Assembly: GCA_016179745.1 (NCBI GenBank)
Contig: JACPCP010000021.1
Span: 1-59,102 of the forward strand
Length of the DNA stretch: 59,102 bases
DNA from: Candidatus Omnitrophota bacterium
Lineage (GTDB): Bacteria > Omnitrophota > Omnitrophia > Omnitrophales > JACQLI01
Direction of reading: 5' to 3'
Shown here in pieces: positions 45,606-55,900 of this stretch (position 1 is the first letter of the stretch; the number at the start of each line of letters is the position of its first letter). The notes under the pieces were generated by a model. The model ran no database searches and had not been told where the DNA came from. It saw nothing but the letters and a program-made list of their open reading frames with translations. Made by a program: the position numbers and the translations under genes.

Positions 45606-46118
45606 CAGAAAAAGCTCTCCCCCACATGAATCACATCGTCCGGCTGTAGCTCGACATCGGCCTCCTTGCCTGAAATGATGGCCTCGGCGTTGGCGCGGAT
45701 CACACGTGTTCGATTGCTCCGTTTCGTCCACTTCCACCACCACCACCGGATTGACCAAAAAGTCCTTTGCAAGAAGTTCCGTCATTTCACGCTCCACCTC
45801 GGCCACCGTCTTTCCTTCGACGAAGATCTTCCCGATCAGATTCAGCGTCACCGTCCCCTCGCTGGAGACCTCCCAGTCGCCCCCTTTGACATATTCGTCT
45901 TCGGGATAAACCTTGATCTTCATCTTGTCTCCGACAGCGATCCGGTGCGCCTTCTTGCGCTGAGTTTTGGGGTCGATGTCAGAGGCCAGCTGGCGCACTT
46001 TATCAAAGAGGCCCCCTTTCTCTTCTGCCTCGGAAAAGAGCTTCGGCGCCGAAAAGAGCGCCGAACCCGCAAAAATAATCCCGCATAAGACGCCCGTGAT
46101 AAAAAAATGATTCTTCAT
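45605..46118 (-). pseudogene. wza: Wza-like polysaccharide export protein with an internal deletion/frameshift
   Basis: Poly_export N-half (HRIAVGDKMKIKVY...GTVTLNLIG...LVNPVV) is followed at about 45710, in another frame, by the canonical C-terminus TRVIRANAEAIISGKEADVELQPDDVIHVGESFF*. The intervening SLBB part is missing. Confidence 0.78.
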
Positions 46119-46128
46119 CTCGATGGCC

Positions 46129-47490
46129 TTAATAGCTAATGTTGGAAGTCACGACCAATGCGTGATCGCGGACTTCCTGCAATTCTCTCTCATCCGAAAT
46201 TTGATGGGTGTACGTGTAGCTGATGGTCATACTCACCCACTGCGCCAGACTGAGATTTGTGGAAACCTGAAAGGGGTAAGTCCAGGAACGGGTCTTCGTG
46301 CCTGTGGCATCCCCGCCTGCTGTTTTCGTCCGACTGTGGGATCCATTGAACGACAATTCCGTGCTTGCCTTTCGATGGGGACGGAAGCCGAAGGCCAGGC
46401 CCAGTGAATCCGAACGGGAGTCGGTCCCCGTCTGGATAAGCGTCGTCACAGAATCGGAGGTGGAATCCGTAAAAGTCCGTGAGTAGTTCAAGCGAAATCC
46501 TGACTTGGGCGTGATCTGCCAAAGGTAGCCCAGACTGACGACGGTAGAGTCCGAGGTGGAGGCCGCCGCCGAGGCGGGGTTTTGAATGGAGTATCCCAGG
46601 TCAACCGAGGCCGAAGATTTTGGAGTCACCTTGAAGGCGTAACTCCCCCGGATCTGATGCGTGATTGCATCGCCGGTCTCGACCGGAGACTCGTTAAAAC
46701 TCATCCGGTAGGCGGCTGAAAAACGGCTTTTGGGGGTCACCTGGAAAAATGCGGTCGGGGACCAGGCGTAGGTATAGGTCGTGTCCTGGTCAAATTCTTC
46801 GTGGGGATGGTCGGTCCGCGAGTAATCCGATTCCAGCACCATCTGGATCTTCGGGGTCATTTCGTAAGTGAGACCCGCCCGGTGCGATTGGTCCCACGTC
46901 AAACGTTTCACTTCTTCGATACGGGTCGAGCGCTGACCCTTCAGGGCGAAACGGTCGTTCAGGGTCAGAGAGGTCTTTTTAAAAATTTTTCGTCCCACTC
47001 GAAGGTTTAAATCCTGATTGATGAGATCGCCCGTCTGGATCTTCACTCCGTAAGTCCGGCTCCAGCCGTATTCCAGCCGGACGTCGGTCTTCCGGCCGCT
47101 TAAATCGTAGGACGCAAAGGGTTTGATCCGGAACGTGGTTTCTCCTTTTGACTTCGGGTTGTCACTAATCCGACTGCCGTCCCGGTTCGCATCATAGGTC
47201 ATTTCGGAATCCCAGCCGACTCGATAACGGCGCTTCTTGGGAAAGCTGAGAAGCTCCCTTTGTAACCGCTCAAGTTCTTGGCGCAGCTGGGTCTCTTCTT
47301 CGAAAGCTCCCTTCTGTGAAGCCAGCAATTGTTTTTCCTCTTCCCAGGTTCGTGCGGAGGAAACGGCTTCAGCCGGAATCGCCGGCTCTTCGCCCTGATC
47401 ACTCGCCGCCCACCCCACCCCCAATAAAGCAACAAACCCTACAACCGCCCAGACCACTTTTGCCAAGAAGCGGGGTGTTTTTTTGATCAC
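46129..47490 (-). CDS. Outer-membrane beta-barrel protein associated with polysaccharide export
   Basis: Signal peptide, short coiled coil, alternating aromatic/hydrophobic beta-strands and a terminal aromatic residue (ISY). Operonic with wza/wzc. Confidence 0.75.
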   Translation of the reverse strand: MIKKTPRFLAKVVWAVVGFVALLGVGWAASDQGEEPAIPAEAVSSARTWEEEKQLLASQKGAFEEETQLRQELERLQRELLSFPKKRRYRVGWDSEMTYDANRDGSRISDNPKSKGETTFRIKPFASYDLSGRKTDVRLEYGWSRTYGVKIQTGDLINQDLNLRVGRKIFKKTSLTLNDRFALKGQRSTRIEEVKRLTWDQSHRAGLTYEMTPKIQMVLESDYSRTDHPHEEFDQDTTYTYAWSPTAFFQVTPKSRFSAAYRMSFNESPVETGDAITHQIRGSYAFKVTPKSSASVDLGYSIQNPASAAASTSDSTVVSLGYLWQITPKSGFRLNYSRTFTDSTSDSVTTLIQTGTDSRSDSLGLAFGFRPHRKASTELSFNGSHSRTKTAGGDATGTKTRSWTYPFQVSTNLSLAQWVSMTISYTYTHQISDERELQEVRDHALVVTSNISY

Positions 47491-47494
47491 TTCA

Positions 47495-49378
47495 TTATTC
47501 GAGAGACGCTGTTAAAACAGATCCTCGTCCGACCACCAGCTTCAAATTATCCTGAGCCTCACGCAGGCCCGGCTTCTGTTTCAAGGCCTGTTCAAAAAAG
47601 CGTTTTGCCTCTTTCTCATTTCCTTCCGCCCAGAGCACGCAGCCTTGATTGTTCAAGAGCTTGGCGCGTATCAAAGATGAATATTTTCCCTTTCGCTTCT
47701 CCATTTCGCGCAGGAGGCGGTCCGCCTCCCGATACTGTCCGGAAGTGATATACACCCGGGCCAGGTTAAACCGGGCGGCCAGGTAAGAAGGAAAAATGCT
47801 GACGGCGATCTCGTAATATTTCTCTGATTTATCGAGCTGCCCAAGCTTTTCATACACGTAGGCCAGGATGCTGGTGGTGTACTCATCCCTCGTCAGCCCG
47901 AAACCCGTTTCCGCCTCCTCGAGGGCCTGATTCAGATTTCCCCGCAGGACCTGGATGGAGGCGAGTCCGCTGTGGGCCACCCCGTCCCGGGAAAATCGCT
48001 TCAAGTAGTCCCGAAAAAGCTTCTCGGCGGAATCGATCTGTTTTTCTGAAAGCGCCAAAAAGGCCTGGTCCCGCAAGCTCCGGTTGAGCGCTTCTTCCAA
48101 ACGCTTTTTGACGTGCTGCAAAGCGGGGGACGCCGGAAGCGCCGTCTCCAGTCTCTCGATACGGTCCTTTGCCTCTTCCAATTTATTCAGTCCAAAGGCA
48201 TAAATATTCTGCTGCTCAAGCTCCGAGAGCGCCTTGAGGGCCGTAGGTCCTTTTCTGACCGAAACTTGTTCGTATTTCTCGAGGGCCTTTTCATATTCCT
48301 TCTGCTCGTAATAAATCCCGGCAAGTTCAGCCTGCGTGGCAGTCTCTAAATCCTCGGCCAGGCCGACCTCTCTGCCCAGCAGCTCCAAAATCTCTTTCCC
48401 CTTTTCAAAGTCCCCCCTCCATTTGTGGATCCACCCCTGATAAAAAAGTGATTTCGTCCGGATGCTCGGGTCCGGGGCCGCTTCCAGCTTCTCCAGGATC
48501 GAAAGGGCGGGTTTGACTTGATAGGTTGCCAGATAGATCAGGGCCAGTTCAAGCCCTCCCTCCTCCTTAAAAAACCGGTCCGGGTTCTCCTGGATCCAGC
48601 TCTCGAGCGAAGGAATTCTCGATTGCTGTTTGCGAAGGGCATCGACACGGACCAAAAATCTGGCTGCCGCCACCTCTTCGCCGGACCCCAGAAAATCTCT
48701 TCGAACCTTCTTGAGCAGCTTTTCGGCCTCGTCCAACCGTCCCTGTTTGATGAGAACATGGGCCAGCGAAACCATCACAAAGCCCCGCTCCGGCCGACCC
48801 GGGTAACGGTCCAAAAATTCCTGATAGTAGCGGCCTGCCTCCTCCAGCTTCCAGTCACGCTCCATGCGTCCGGCCTCGCCCAACAGTAAAACACCCGCGC
48901 CTTCCAGCCGGCCCGCCGGGGGACCCAGATTCAGCTTTCTCAGGAAATACTCCCACAAATCCTGAACCACTCTTAGAACGGTCCTCGCAAAATTGTAAAC
49001 CGCGTCTCCCATCTGCAAGGCCAGGCCCCGTTGGGCATTTTTTTCCCTGACGACTTCCGAGAGATAAACGCCGGCCCGGCTGTAACCTGATTCTTCCACC
49101 GCATCACGGATCGAACGGGTGGCGTGCTCCAGGAGCAGCAGGGTTTTGAGATCCGCTTTCTTGCGGGTCAGTTCTTCAAAGGCAAGGCTCTCAAGATTGG
49201 CTTGATAAATTCCGTTCCCGACCTCGGAAGCAATATCGGAAGGGGCAGACTCGAGGGATTGTTTTAGGCTTTCCAGGGAATAATCAACCGCAAAATGGCC
49301 GTAGAGGCTGAAAGCAAATACAAGAAGAGCGATGAGACCTGCTGTCGCTCCCAGGCCGGCTGTCACCTTCCTCATCAA
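47495..49378 (-). CDS. Membrane-anchored TPR-repeat protein
   Basis: N-terminal TM and many TPR-like helices (A...Y..FL..YP; ARFNLARVY; LNNQGCVL..G..EA...FEQAL). Confidence 0.82.
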   Translation of the reverse strand: MMRKVTAGLGATAGLIALLVFAFSLYGHFAVDYSLESLKQSLESAPSDIASEVGNGIYQANLESLAFEELTRKKADLKTLLLLEHATRSIRDAVEESGYSRAGVYLSEVVREKNAQRGLALQMGDAVYNFARTVLRVVQDLWEYFLRKLNLGPPAGRLEGAGVLLLGEAGRMERDWKLEEAGRYYQEFLDRYPGRPERGFVMVSLAHVLIKQGRLDEAEKLLKKVRRDFLGSGEEVAAARFLVRVDALRKQQSRIPSLESWIQENPDRFFKEEGGLELALIYLATYQVKPALSILEKLEAAPDPSIRTKSLFYQGWIHKWRGDFEKGKEILELLGREVGLAEDLETATQAELAGIYYEQKEYEKALEKYEQVSVRKGPTALKALSELEQQNIYAFGLNKLEEAKDRIERLETALPASPALQHVKKRLEEALNRSLRDQAFLALSEKQIDSAEKLFRDYLKRFSRDGVAHSGLASIQVLRGNLNQALEEAETGFGLTRDEYTTSILAYVYEKLGQLDKSEKYYEIAVSIFPSYLAARFNLARVYITSGQYREADRLLREMEKRKGKYSSLIRAKLLNNQGCVLWAEGNEKEAKRFFEQALKQKPGLREAQDNLKLVVGRGSVLTASLE

Positions 49379-49566
49379 AGCCCCCCTTGATTTAATGATA
49401 CCCTATGAATGGCCGACAAAATAATAGTCGATGGCCTAAACCAGCGTCAAGTTATCTTCTGGTCGGCTGTTACGTTATCCGGTCCGTGTCTTAAAAGTCG
49501 TTCGATTGACTTGGTGACTTCGCACCCTTCAAACGGTAGAATGCTCCCAAATCAGACTCTCTCGCG

Positions 49567-50910
49567 ATGGCTAACAGAAAAACGACCCTCTTCTTAAGAA
49601 TTTCGCTCCGGCTGATTTTTCCGCTCATTCTCCTGATTTGTTCCTTTGCCGCCATCCAGCTCACGAACCAATTGTTGTTCCTCAATAAAGTTTACGAAAT
49701 CCAAAGCCGCTCTTCTCTTCAGGCGATCACCCAGCGCTTGATCCGTGTCCTGCGTGAACCGGGCAATTTCGAGAACCCCCGCCTCCTGGAAACAGAAGTC
49801 AACAGGGCCCAGGAGGCCTACGGCGCTTCCGAGCTTCTCCTCTTCGACCCCCTAACCCGTGAAGTGCTTTTTTCCAAGCAGGGTGAATTCTTTTCCTCCG
49901 GCGATCTCCTAGCCGCCGAAGGAAGCCTCCTTGCCAAAAAGGAGGGGAAACCTCCTCTTTTGGAGATCGACAAACAGAGCCAAAAACTAAACGCCTTCAT
50001 TCCGGTGACAAGTTCAGTCCGGGAACGGGTTTACATCGCTAAAGTAAGCTTCCCGCTCGGAAACCTCAGGCTGGCTTTGGAAAAATCCATGGGAGCTTTG
50101 ACCGTCATGGTCCTTTTCACCCTGTTGACGGGCTTCCTGATTGCCGGCGGGCTGACCCATTCCATCGTCAAACCGATCCAAGCCCTCAATCAGGCCACCC
50201 GGGACATCCTCAAAGGCAAGCTGGGGCAAAAGGTAGCCATCTACACGGGCGATGAAATCGAGGAATTAGCAGATACCTTCAACCATATGAGCGGGGCACT
50301 GAAGGAGATGAAGGAACGGGCTGAAGACTCTAATCCCCTCACCCAGTTGCCGGGAAATAACGACATTTTCCATGAGCTGCAGAAGCGGATCCATGAGAGG
50401 CAGAAGTTTGTTTTTTTCCACGCGGACCTCGACCGCTTCAAGATTTTTAACGACCATTACGGCCTGGCCCGGGGCGATGAATGTATCAAGAAAACGGCGA
50501 ATCTCCTCAAATCGGCAATGCGGGAGAAGGGCGTTGAGGGTGACTTTTTGGGACACCAGGGCGGGGATGATTTCGTTATCATTACTCGGCCGGGCCGGGC
50601 CGCTGAGCTGGCCGAGCACATCCTCCGCCGCTTCGACAACGAAATCGTGGGCTCGCTTTACCGGAAGGAGGATTTGGAACGGGGCTATATCCTGGCTCCC
50701 GATCGTCGCGGGGAATTCGAAACGGAGGATCCCTCCAAAAAGAGCTCGGGCGAGAACCTGACCAAATTCCCGCTGCTGGCCATCTCGCTGGCCGGAGTTT
50801 CAAACGCTAAAAAGGATTTTGCGGATTACTTTGACTGTATGTCAGCCGTGGCGCCCGTGAAGCGGGAGGTTAAGAGGACAGCGCAAAGTTCTTACCTGAT
50901 TAAAGAATAA
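49567..50910 (+). CDS. Membrane diguanylate cyclase (2TM-HAMP-GGDEF)
   Basis: Two TMs, HAMP (IVKPIQAL...DEIEELADTFNHM), NPLTQLPGN, DLDRFK.FNDHYG..RGD, GGDDF. No RxxD I-site. Confidence 0.9.
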   Translation: MANRKTTLFLRISLRLIFPLILLICSFAAIQLTNQLLFLNKVYEIQSRSSLQAITQRLIRVLREPGNFENPRLLETEVNRAQEAYGASELLLFDPLTREVLFSKQGEFFSSGDLLAAEGSLLAKKEGKPPLLEIDKQSQKLNAFIPVTSSVRERVYIAKVSFPLGNLRLALEKSMGALTVMVLFTLLTGFLIAGGLTHSIVKPIQALNQATRDILKGKLGQKVAIYTGDEIEELADTFNHMSGALKEMKERAEDSNPLTQLPGNNDIFHELQKRIHERQKFVFFHADLDRFKIFNDHYGLARGDECIKKTANLLKSAMREKGVEGDFLGHQGGDDFVIITRPGRAAELAEHILRRFDNEIVGSLYRKEDLERGYILAPDRRGEFETEDPSKKSSGENLTKFPLLAISLAGVSNAKKDFADYFDCMSAVAPVKREVKRTAQSSYLIKE

Positions 50911-50914
50911 ACCC

Positions 50915-51667
50915 TCACGTATTTTTCTCAATCCAATCAAAAATTTCCTCGTTCCACTCCGGGCGGTGCTCGTGCCCTCCTTCGGCCTCCTGGATTAATT
51001 CCGACCGGACACCACGGCTTTTCAGCGTTTCCACGTGGCCGGCTATTTTCTGAACCGGAAACTGGCCGTCCTTCTCGCCGTGAACAAATAGGACGGGCGG
51101 AAATCGGCTCACATCGGCTTCAGTGGTCCACTGGTCCCCTGTGGGCGATGCGATTAAAACGGCCCCCCGCCAAAAAGCGGGCCGTGCGATTAAAAACCAT
51201 CTGCCGACAAGGGCCCCGGCCGAGACACCGGCAAGATACATCTTCTTCTTCTCAGCCGAGTAATGCTTAAGCGCCTCCTTCACAAGACCATAAAAGACCT
51301 CGTTGCTGTAAGGCTGGTCCCGGTTGGGGGCAAGGACCATAAACCTTCGCTTTTCGGCCTCTTTTCTCCAAACTTCCAAATAGTCCCTTCCGTTTCCGTT
51401 TCTCCCGTGGAGCGCCACGAGAAGCGGGAAACGCTCCCGCGCTTTCACCGGTTTCAGAACCAGCAAATAATAGGAAACGGACACCGAACCCAAAACAGGA
51501 TCCGGCGACTTTGCCTGGAATCGACCCTCTATCACCTGACCGGAAGCTTCTCCCCACTCGATCCGAGACTGACGAGAACATCCCAGCAATGTGGAGGAAA
51601 TGAAAAATAGAAAGGCAAATCCGGAGAAAAACCGCTTAACGATGCTCAAAATCGGGTTGAAGAACAC
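50915..51667 (-). CDS. Alpha/beta-hydrolase (phospholipase/carboxylesterase-like) lipoprotein
   Basis: Lipobox LLGC, PLLVALHG, GVSAG (GxSxG), HGEKD, GGH. Confidence 0.8.
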   Translation of the reverse strand: MFFNPILSIVKRFFSGFAFLFFISSTLLGCSRQSRIEWGEASGQVIEGRFQAKSPDPVLGSVSVSYYLLVLKPVKARERFPLLVALHGRNGNGRDYLEVWRKEAEKRRFMVLAPNRDQPYSNEVFYGLVKEALKHYSAEKKKMYLAGVSAGALVGRWFLIARPAFWRGAVLIASPTGDQWTTEADVSRFPPVLFVHGEKDGQFPVQKIAGHVETLKSRGVRSELIQEAEGGHEHRPEWNEEIFDWIEKNT

Positions 51668-52973
51668 GAAGGCTTGCCCCCATCAAAATGTAGACCAGCA
51701 TCGAAATTGAGTAACGCTGCATGAGGTACTGAATCGAGGCGTGCAAAAGCACCATCAGCACGGCAGAAAAGAGCGACAGCCCCGCCGTAAATTGAAACCG
51801 GCTCTGGGTCTTTCGAAGCCCGCGCGCGACTTCGAAAAGATAGGACCCGAGAAACAAAAAATAGAAAAATGCGCCCGACCCCTCTTCCGCCAAGAGCTGC
51901 CCATAATGGCTCATGGCTTTGAACTTGACCATGGCGTCCTGTTCCGTGCCCGGCGTCGCAAATCGCTCGGAAACTTTCGAATAGCCGCCGGTCCCAACCC
52001 CCCAAAGGGGATGTGCCCCGTAAATCGCCAACGCCCTTTTGGCCCCTTCCCGATTGGTGGAAAGGCTGGCGGGTCTCGAAGCATCGAATTCTTTCTCGAC
52101 CGTCTGCAATTCCTTCCAAGTTGCCTGAATATCGCCGGCCCAGATCAGAAATCCTGCAATGAGTAAGAGGGCTGCGAATGAGCTGACCATTTGCGTCCGT
52201 GACGGAAATTTTAGAAGGAGACAAAAAAGGTAAACCAAAAATGCCGCTGAAAAACACAGGACAGTCCCCCTGGAACGGATCCAAATAACGGCCAGGGCGG
52301 TGGTCGCAACGAAGATGGCGGGAAGGGCCAGGGAGGCCATTGAGACCTTCGCGGTTTCCTTGGAATGGCTTTTCCTTCTCCTGAGACGATTCAGGGAGTA
52401 AAACAAAAGACCCAGGGCCGGAAAGAACCCAAGTGCGATCACATCGCCCGTGTAATTTGCGTGCGCAAAGCGGCCCATCACGTATTTCGCAACCGTCTCG
52501 TGAGAATAAAAGAGGGGGTGAAAAAAGGCGCTCGTCCCGTTTGTCAAGGGATACCCGGAACTGCCTCTGATTAAAAAGGGGGGGATCGCATTGAGGGCAA
52601 GAAAAAATCCTGAGCCGCCGAGCGTCCATAAAAGATGCCTCACGCGCCCCCTTTCTTCAAAGAAAAAATAGCTCAATATAAAAAAACCGAAATAGAAAAA
52701 CCAAACAAGCGAAGGAACGAAGTAAGGACCCCTCAAACAAAGAGAGCGGATCAACTCAAAGGCAAGAAAACAGAGAAAAAAACGGACCACAAAACTTTGG
52801 GGGATCCCGGTCCTGATTTTCTTTACAATCAAAGGAATGGACAAGGCAAAGAGGGTCCCTCCCGCCCACATCCTGGCATAAACCTGATGGGGAAAATCGG
52901 AACCGAGGGTGAGAAAAAAGGAAACGATGTAGAGAAGAAGGCCAAATTCAAGCGAGCGAGTGTTAAGCTGCAT
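51636..52973 (-). CDS. O-antigen ligase / Wzy_C family membrane protein
   Basis: About 10 TMs, G.F.HAN..G, SRG, HPLWGVG.G.Y, and SHYGQLLAEEG in place of the HN..L...AE.G motif. Confidence 0.8.
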   Translation of the reverse strand: MQLNTRSLEFGLLLYIVSFFLTLGSDFPHQVYARMWAGGTLFALSIPLIVKKIRTGIPQSFVVRFFLCFLAFELIRSLCLRGPYFVPSLVWFFYFGFFILSYFFFEERGRVRHLLWTLGGSGFFLALNAIPPFLIRGSSGYPLTNGTSAFFHPLFYSHETVAKYVMGRFAHANYTGDVIALGFFPALGLLFYSLNRLRRRKSHSKETAKVSMASLALPAIFVATTALAVIWIRSRGTVLCFSAAFLVYLFCLLLKFPSRTQMVSSFAALLLIAGFLIWAGDIQATWKELQTVEKEFDASRPASLSTNREGAKRALAIYGAHPLWGVGTGGYSKVSERFATPGTEQDAMVKFKAMSHYGQLLAEEGSGAFFYFLFLGSYLFEVARGLRKTQSRFQFTAGLSLFSAVLMVLLHASIQYLMQRYSISMLVYILMGASLRVLQPDFEHR

Positions 52974-52993
52974 ACCCTGTTTTGGGACTGTCT

Positions 52994-55900
52994 TTAAGAC
53001 ACGCTGTAACAGGTGGTTCCCACGTCACCGCATTCGCAGGCGTGGCATTTGCAATTGCACTCTCCATAAGAGGTGCTGGAAGAAAGCTCCGACTCGGTAA
53101 TGGTTCGGGCGCACTGGCTGCCGGTGTCCGTCGTACCCAAAGCACCCGAAGTATCGCATTTTCCGATAGAATTGCCGCCGCATTTTGCCGTATCGATCGA
53201 TTCACAAGAGCAACACCAGTAGCGTTCACCGCCTGTCTCCTCCTGGCCGTTCACCGGTGTGTATCCGGAAGGACATTTCGCAGTCCCGCACTTTTTGGAG
53301 CTCATCGTCCCGACACCGGCCAGACAGGAAGTTTTTGTGGAAGCGCAGCGAACCCCCCGATAAATCCGGGTCCCGCTATTATAGGTTAGGGTGGGAATCG
53401 TTTCCGCCGAGCCTTGGCATTCTGAGATGTCACCCCCGCAACAATCGGTATCGATTTCCCTTTTCTCGGTCGTCACACACCAATAGTTCGTCCCATCGCT
53501 GTCGAGCCCCTTGTCGCCCACTTTATAGCAGAGGGCGGGGTCCAGGCCCTCCTTCGGATCTTTCCCCTTTACCAAGATACCGCCGGTGCAGGTGATTTCT
53601 GCTTTTTCCGTCTTTGGCTTTGGGCACTTGGCCGTGAACACGTCTACCTGCCCGGAACAAACCCCTTCGGCAGTGACAGAAATTTTTCCCTCTTCTTTAC
53701 ACCGGATTTTGACACGGGGCGTCCCTTCTCCTTCAACAATTTCTGCCGGACCCTCCACGGACCAGTGAAATCCTTCGCCATCGCATGGAGGTCCCTCTGC
53801 GTCGTCCTGGACGGCAGCCCACGCCGCTTTTTCCTCAAACCATTCCCTCTCAATCTCACCGGAGGCCGAACGGTTGTCTTCGCAGGTGCTTTGAGCGGTG
53901 ATCGTCAACATTCCGTCCGAACCAACCTGGGCGCCTCCAGATATTTCTACCCGACAGTCCTTTCCGCAGTTGGGTATTTCTTCATGCCGGCAGCCTGCCC
54001 GTGGGTCACACGAATCGGCCGTGCAGGGGTTATGGTCATCGCAATCGGAAGCTTGTCGGCATGCCGGAGGAGTTTCCGGCGGCGTTCCCGAAACAATGCA
54101 TCGATTGCAAGCGGGTGAACAGACACGTCCCCGGCGGCACGTTCCCTGTTGGCCAGGCGGGTCACACTTCTCGCCCCTGCCGATCTTCCCGTCTCCGCAA
54201 ACAACCGGCTCGGAAACACATTTGGTGCAGCTAACGTCGCAGATTGCACCTTTCTTACAGATGCCTTGCTGCCCCGGAGGATCGCACCGTTCATCCTTCG
54301 TAATCTTGCCGTCACCGCAGACGAGGGGTTCGTTGACGCACTTGGTGCAGCTGACGTCGCAGATGGAGCCCTTACCGCAGACGCCTTTTTCGCCTGGAGG
54401 ATCGCAGCGTTCGCCCCGGTCGATTTCTCCATCTCCGCACTGCGCACCGGGCTTGGGACTGCAACCTCGGCAATCGGAACGGCAGATTTTGTCACTAGGA
54501 CACCGAACGCTCGCCTCTCCCGGGGGATCACAGCGCTCATCAGGTCCAATGATCCTGTCACCACAGGATTGGGGTGCCGGACTGCAGCTTTGGCAGTTAG
54601 AACTACAGATTTTATCACGGGGACACCGATCGCTTGGCTGTCCCGGCGGGTCGCAACGCTCACCACCGTTAACACTACCATCACCACAATTTGCGGGCGG
54701 AGCCGGAGCGCCGGGAGGGCGGATGAGCTCAACACACCCACGTTGTTCCACAATACATTGTTCACCCGTTGGACAGAGGCCGTTATTCGGAATGTGTTGG
54801 CAAAAACCATTTTGACATTGGTCGGTCGTGCATTGAATTCCGTCGTCAACACACGGCTCACTATTATGTATGTAAGCACATCCCACCGCCGGATTGCACG
54901 AATCGGTGGTGCAGAGGTTGCTGTCATCGCAGACAAGCGGCGCACCGGCCACGCATTGTCCGTCTTGGCATTTTTCTTCGCCGTTGCACCGGTTTGTATC
55001 CATACAATCGGCGTCCGTCTGACAAACTCCGGGAGGCGGCGCTTGAGTGAGGGCTTCCCGCTTGCATTCTGCTGAACAGCCGTCGCCCGAATTCGTATTC
55101 CCGTCGTCGCATTCTTCGGGCGAATCAATGAGGGTGTCGCCGCAGACAACGGGGCGGCACCCTTCGCAGACGCCCACGCATTCCGGCGTGCCGCAGTTAT
55201 CGCCCGAGATTTTAACTTCTCCGGCCCCGCAAGCCCGGGACACGTTGATGCAGATGAATTCCGTCCCCCGGGAAGAACAAATGAAATCCTTCGGACACTC
55301 GCCCAGGGACGTTGGACAACTGCACGGCCTGCATTTGGGCGATTGGCCCGTAGCGACACAAAGGCCGCTTTCACACAAGGTCCGGGTGGTGCACTCTTCG
55401 CATTGCCCGGCTGAAACCTCGTGACACGCCCCGACGCCGCAATCGAAATCATCAAAACAGACCCCCGGTAGGAGCGGCTTGCAGCTTCCATTCTGACATC
55501 GCTCGCCTGCCGGACATTGCATCTCGGTAAATTGGCACTTGCCTTCTAAGGTATCGCAGGAATCCAAAGTGCAGGCGTCCTGGTCGTCGCAGGCAAGGGG
55601 TTGTCCGGCCCGACATTGACCTTGGACACACGTCTCGATGCCGTTGCAGGCATTTCTGTCGTCACAAGCAGAGTCGGCTTGACAACCTCTGGGAGGAGGA
55701 GGTTCAGGAATTGTTATCAACTGACAACACCACTTGCTCTGGAAGCCCGTTCCGCATTCCAAGGCAGTGATCCTTCCGCCAATTTGGCTGCATTGTGCCG
55801 ATCCGGTCGTGCAAATGCCGTTGGGACATTGAGCGGAGTCCTGCCTGCAAACGACGTTAAAAAATTGCTGGGGCACACACACATTCGAGAAAGAACAAAG

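Noticed and set aside
43761-46118. Genuine Wza-Wzc fusion protein
   Set aside because: The native wza C-terminus and stop, and a coupled wzc ATG, are visible in another frame.
53898-55491. Long alternative-frame and antisense ORFs (514, 305 and 308 aa) in the Cys-rich gene
   Set aside because: They overlap a clearly patterned CDS and are low-complexity by-products of its repeats.
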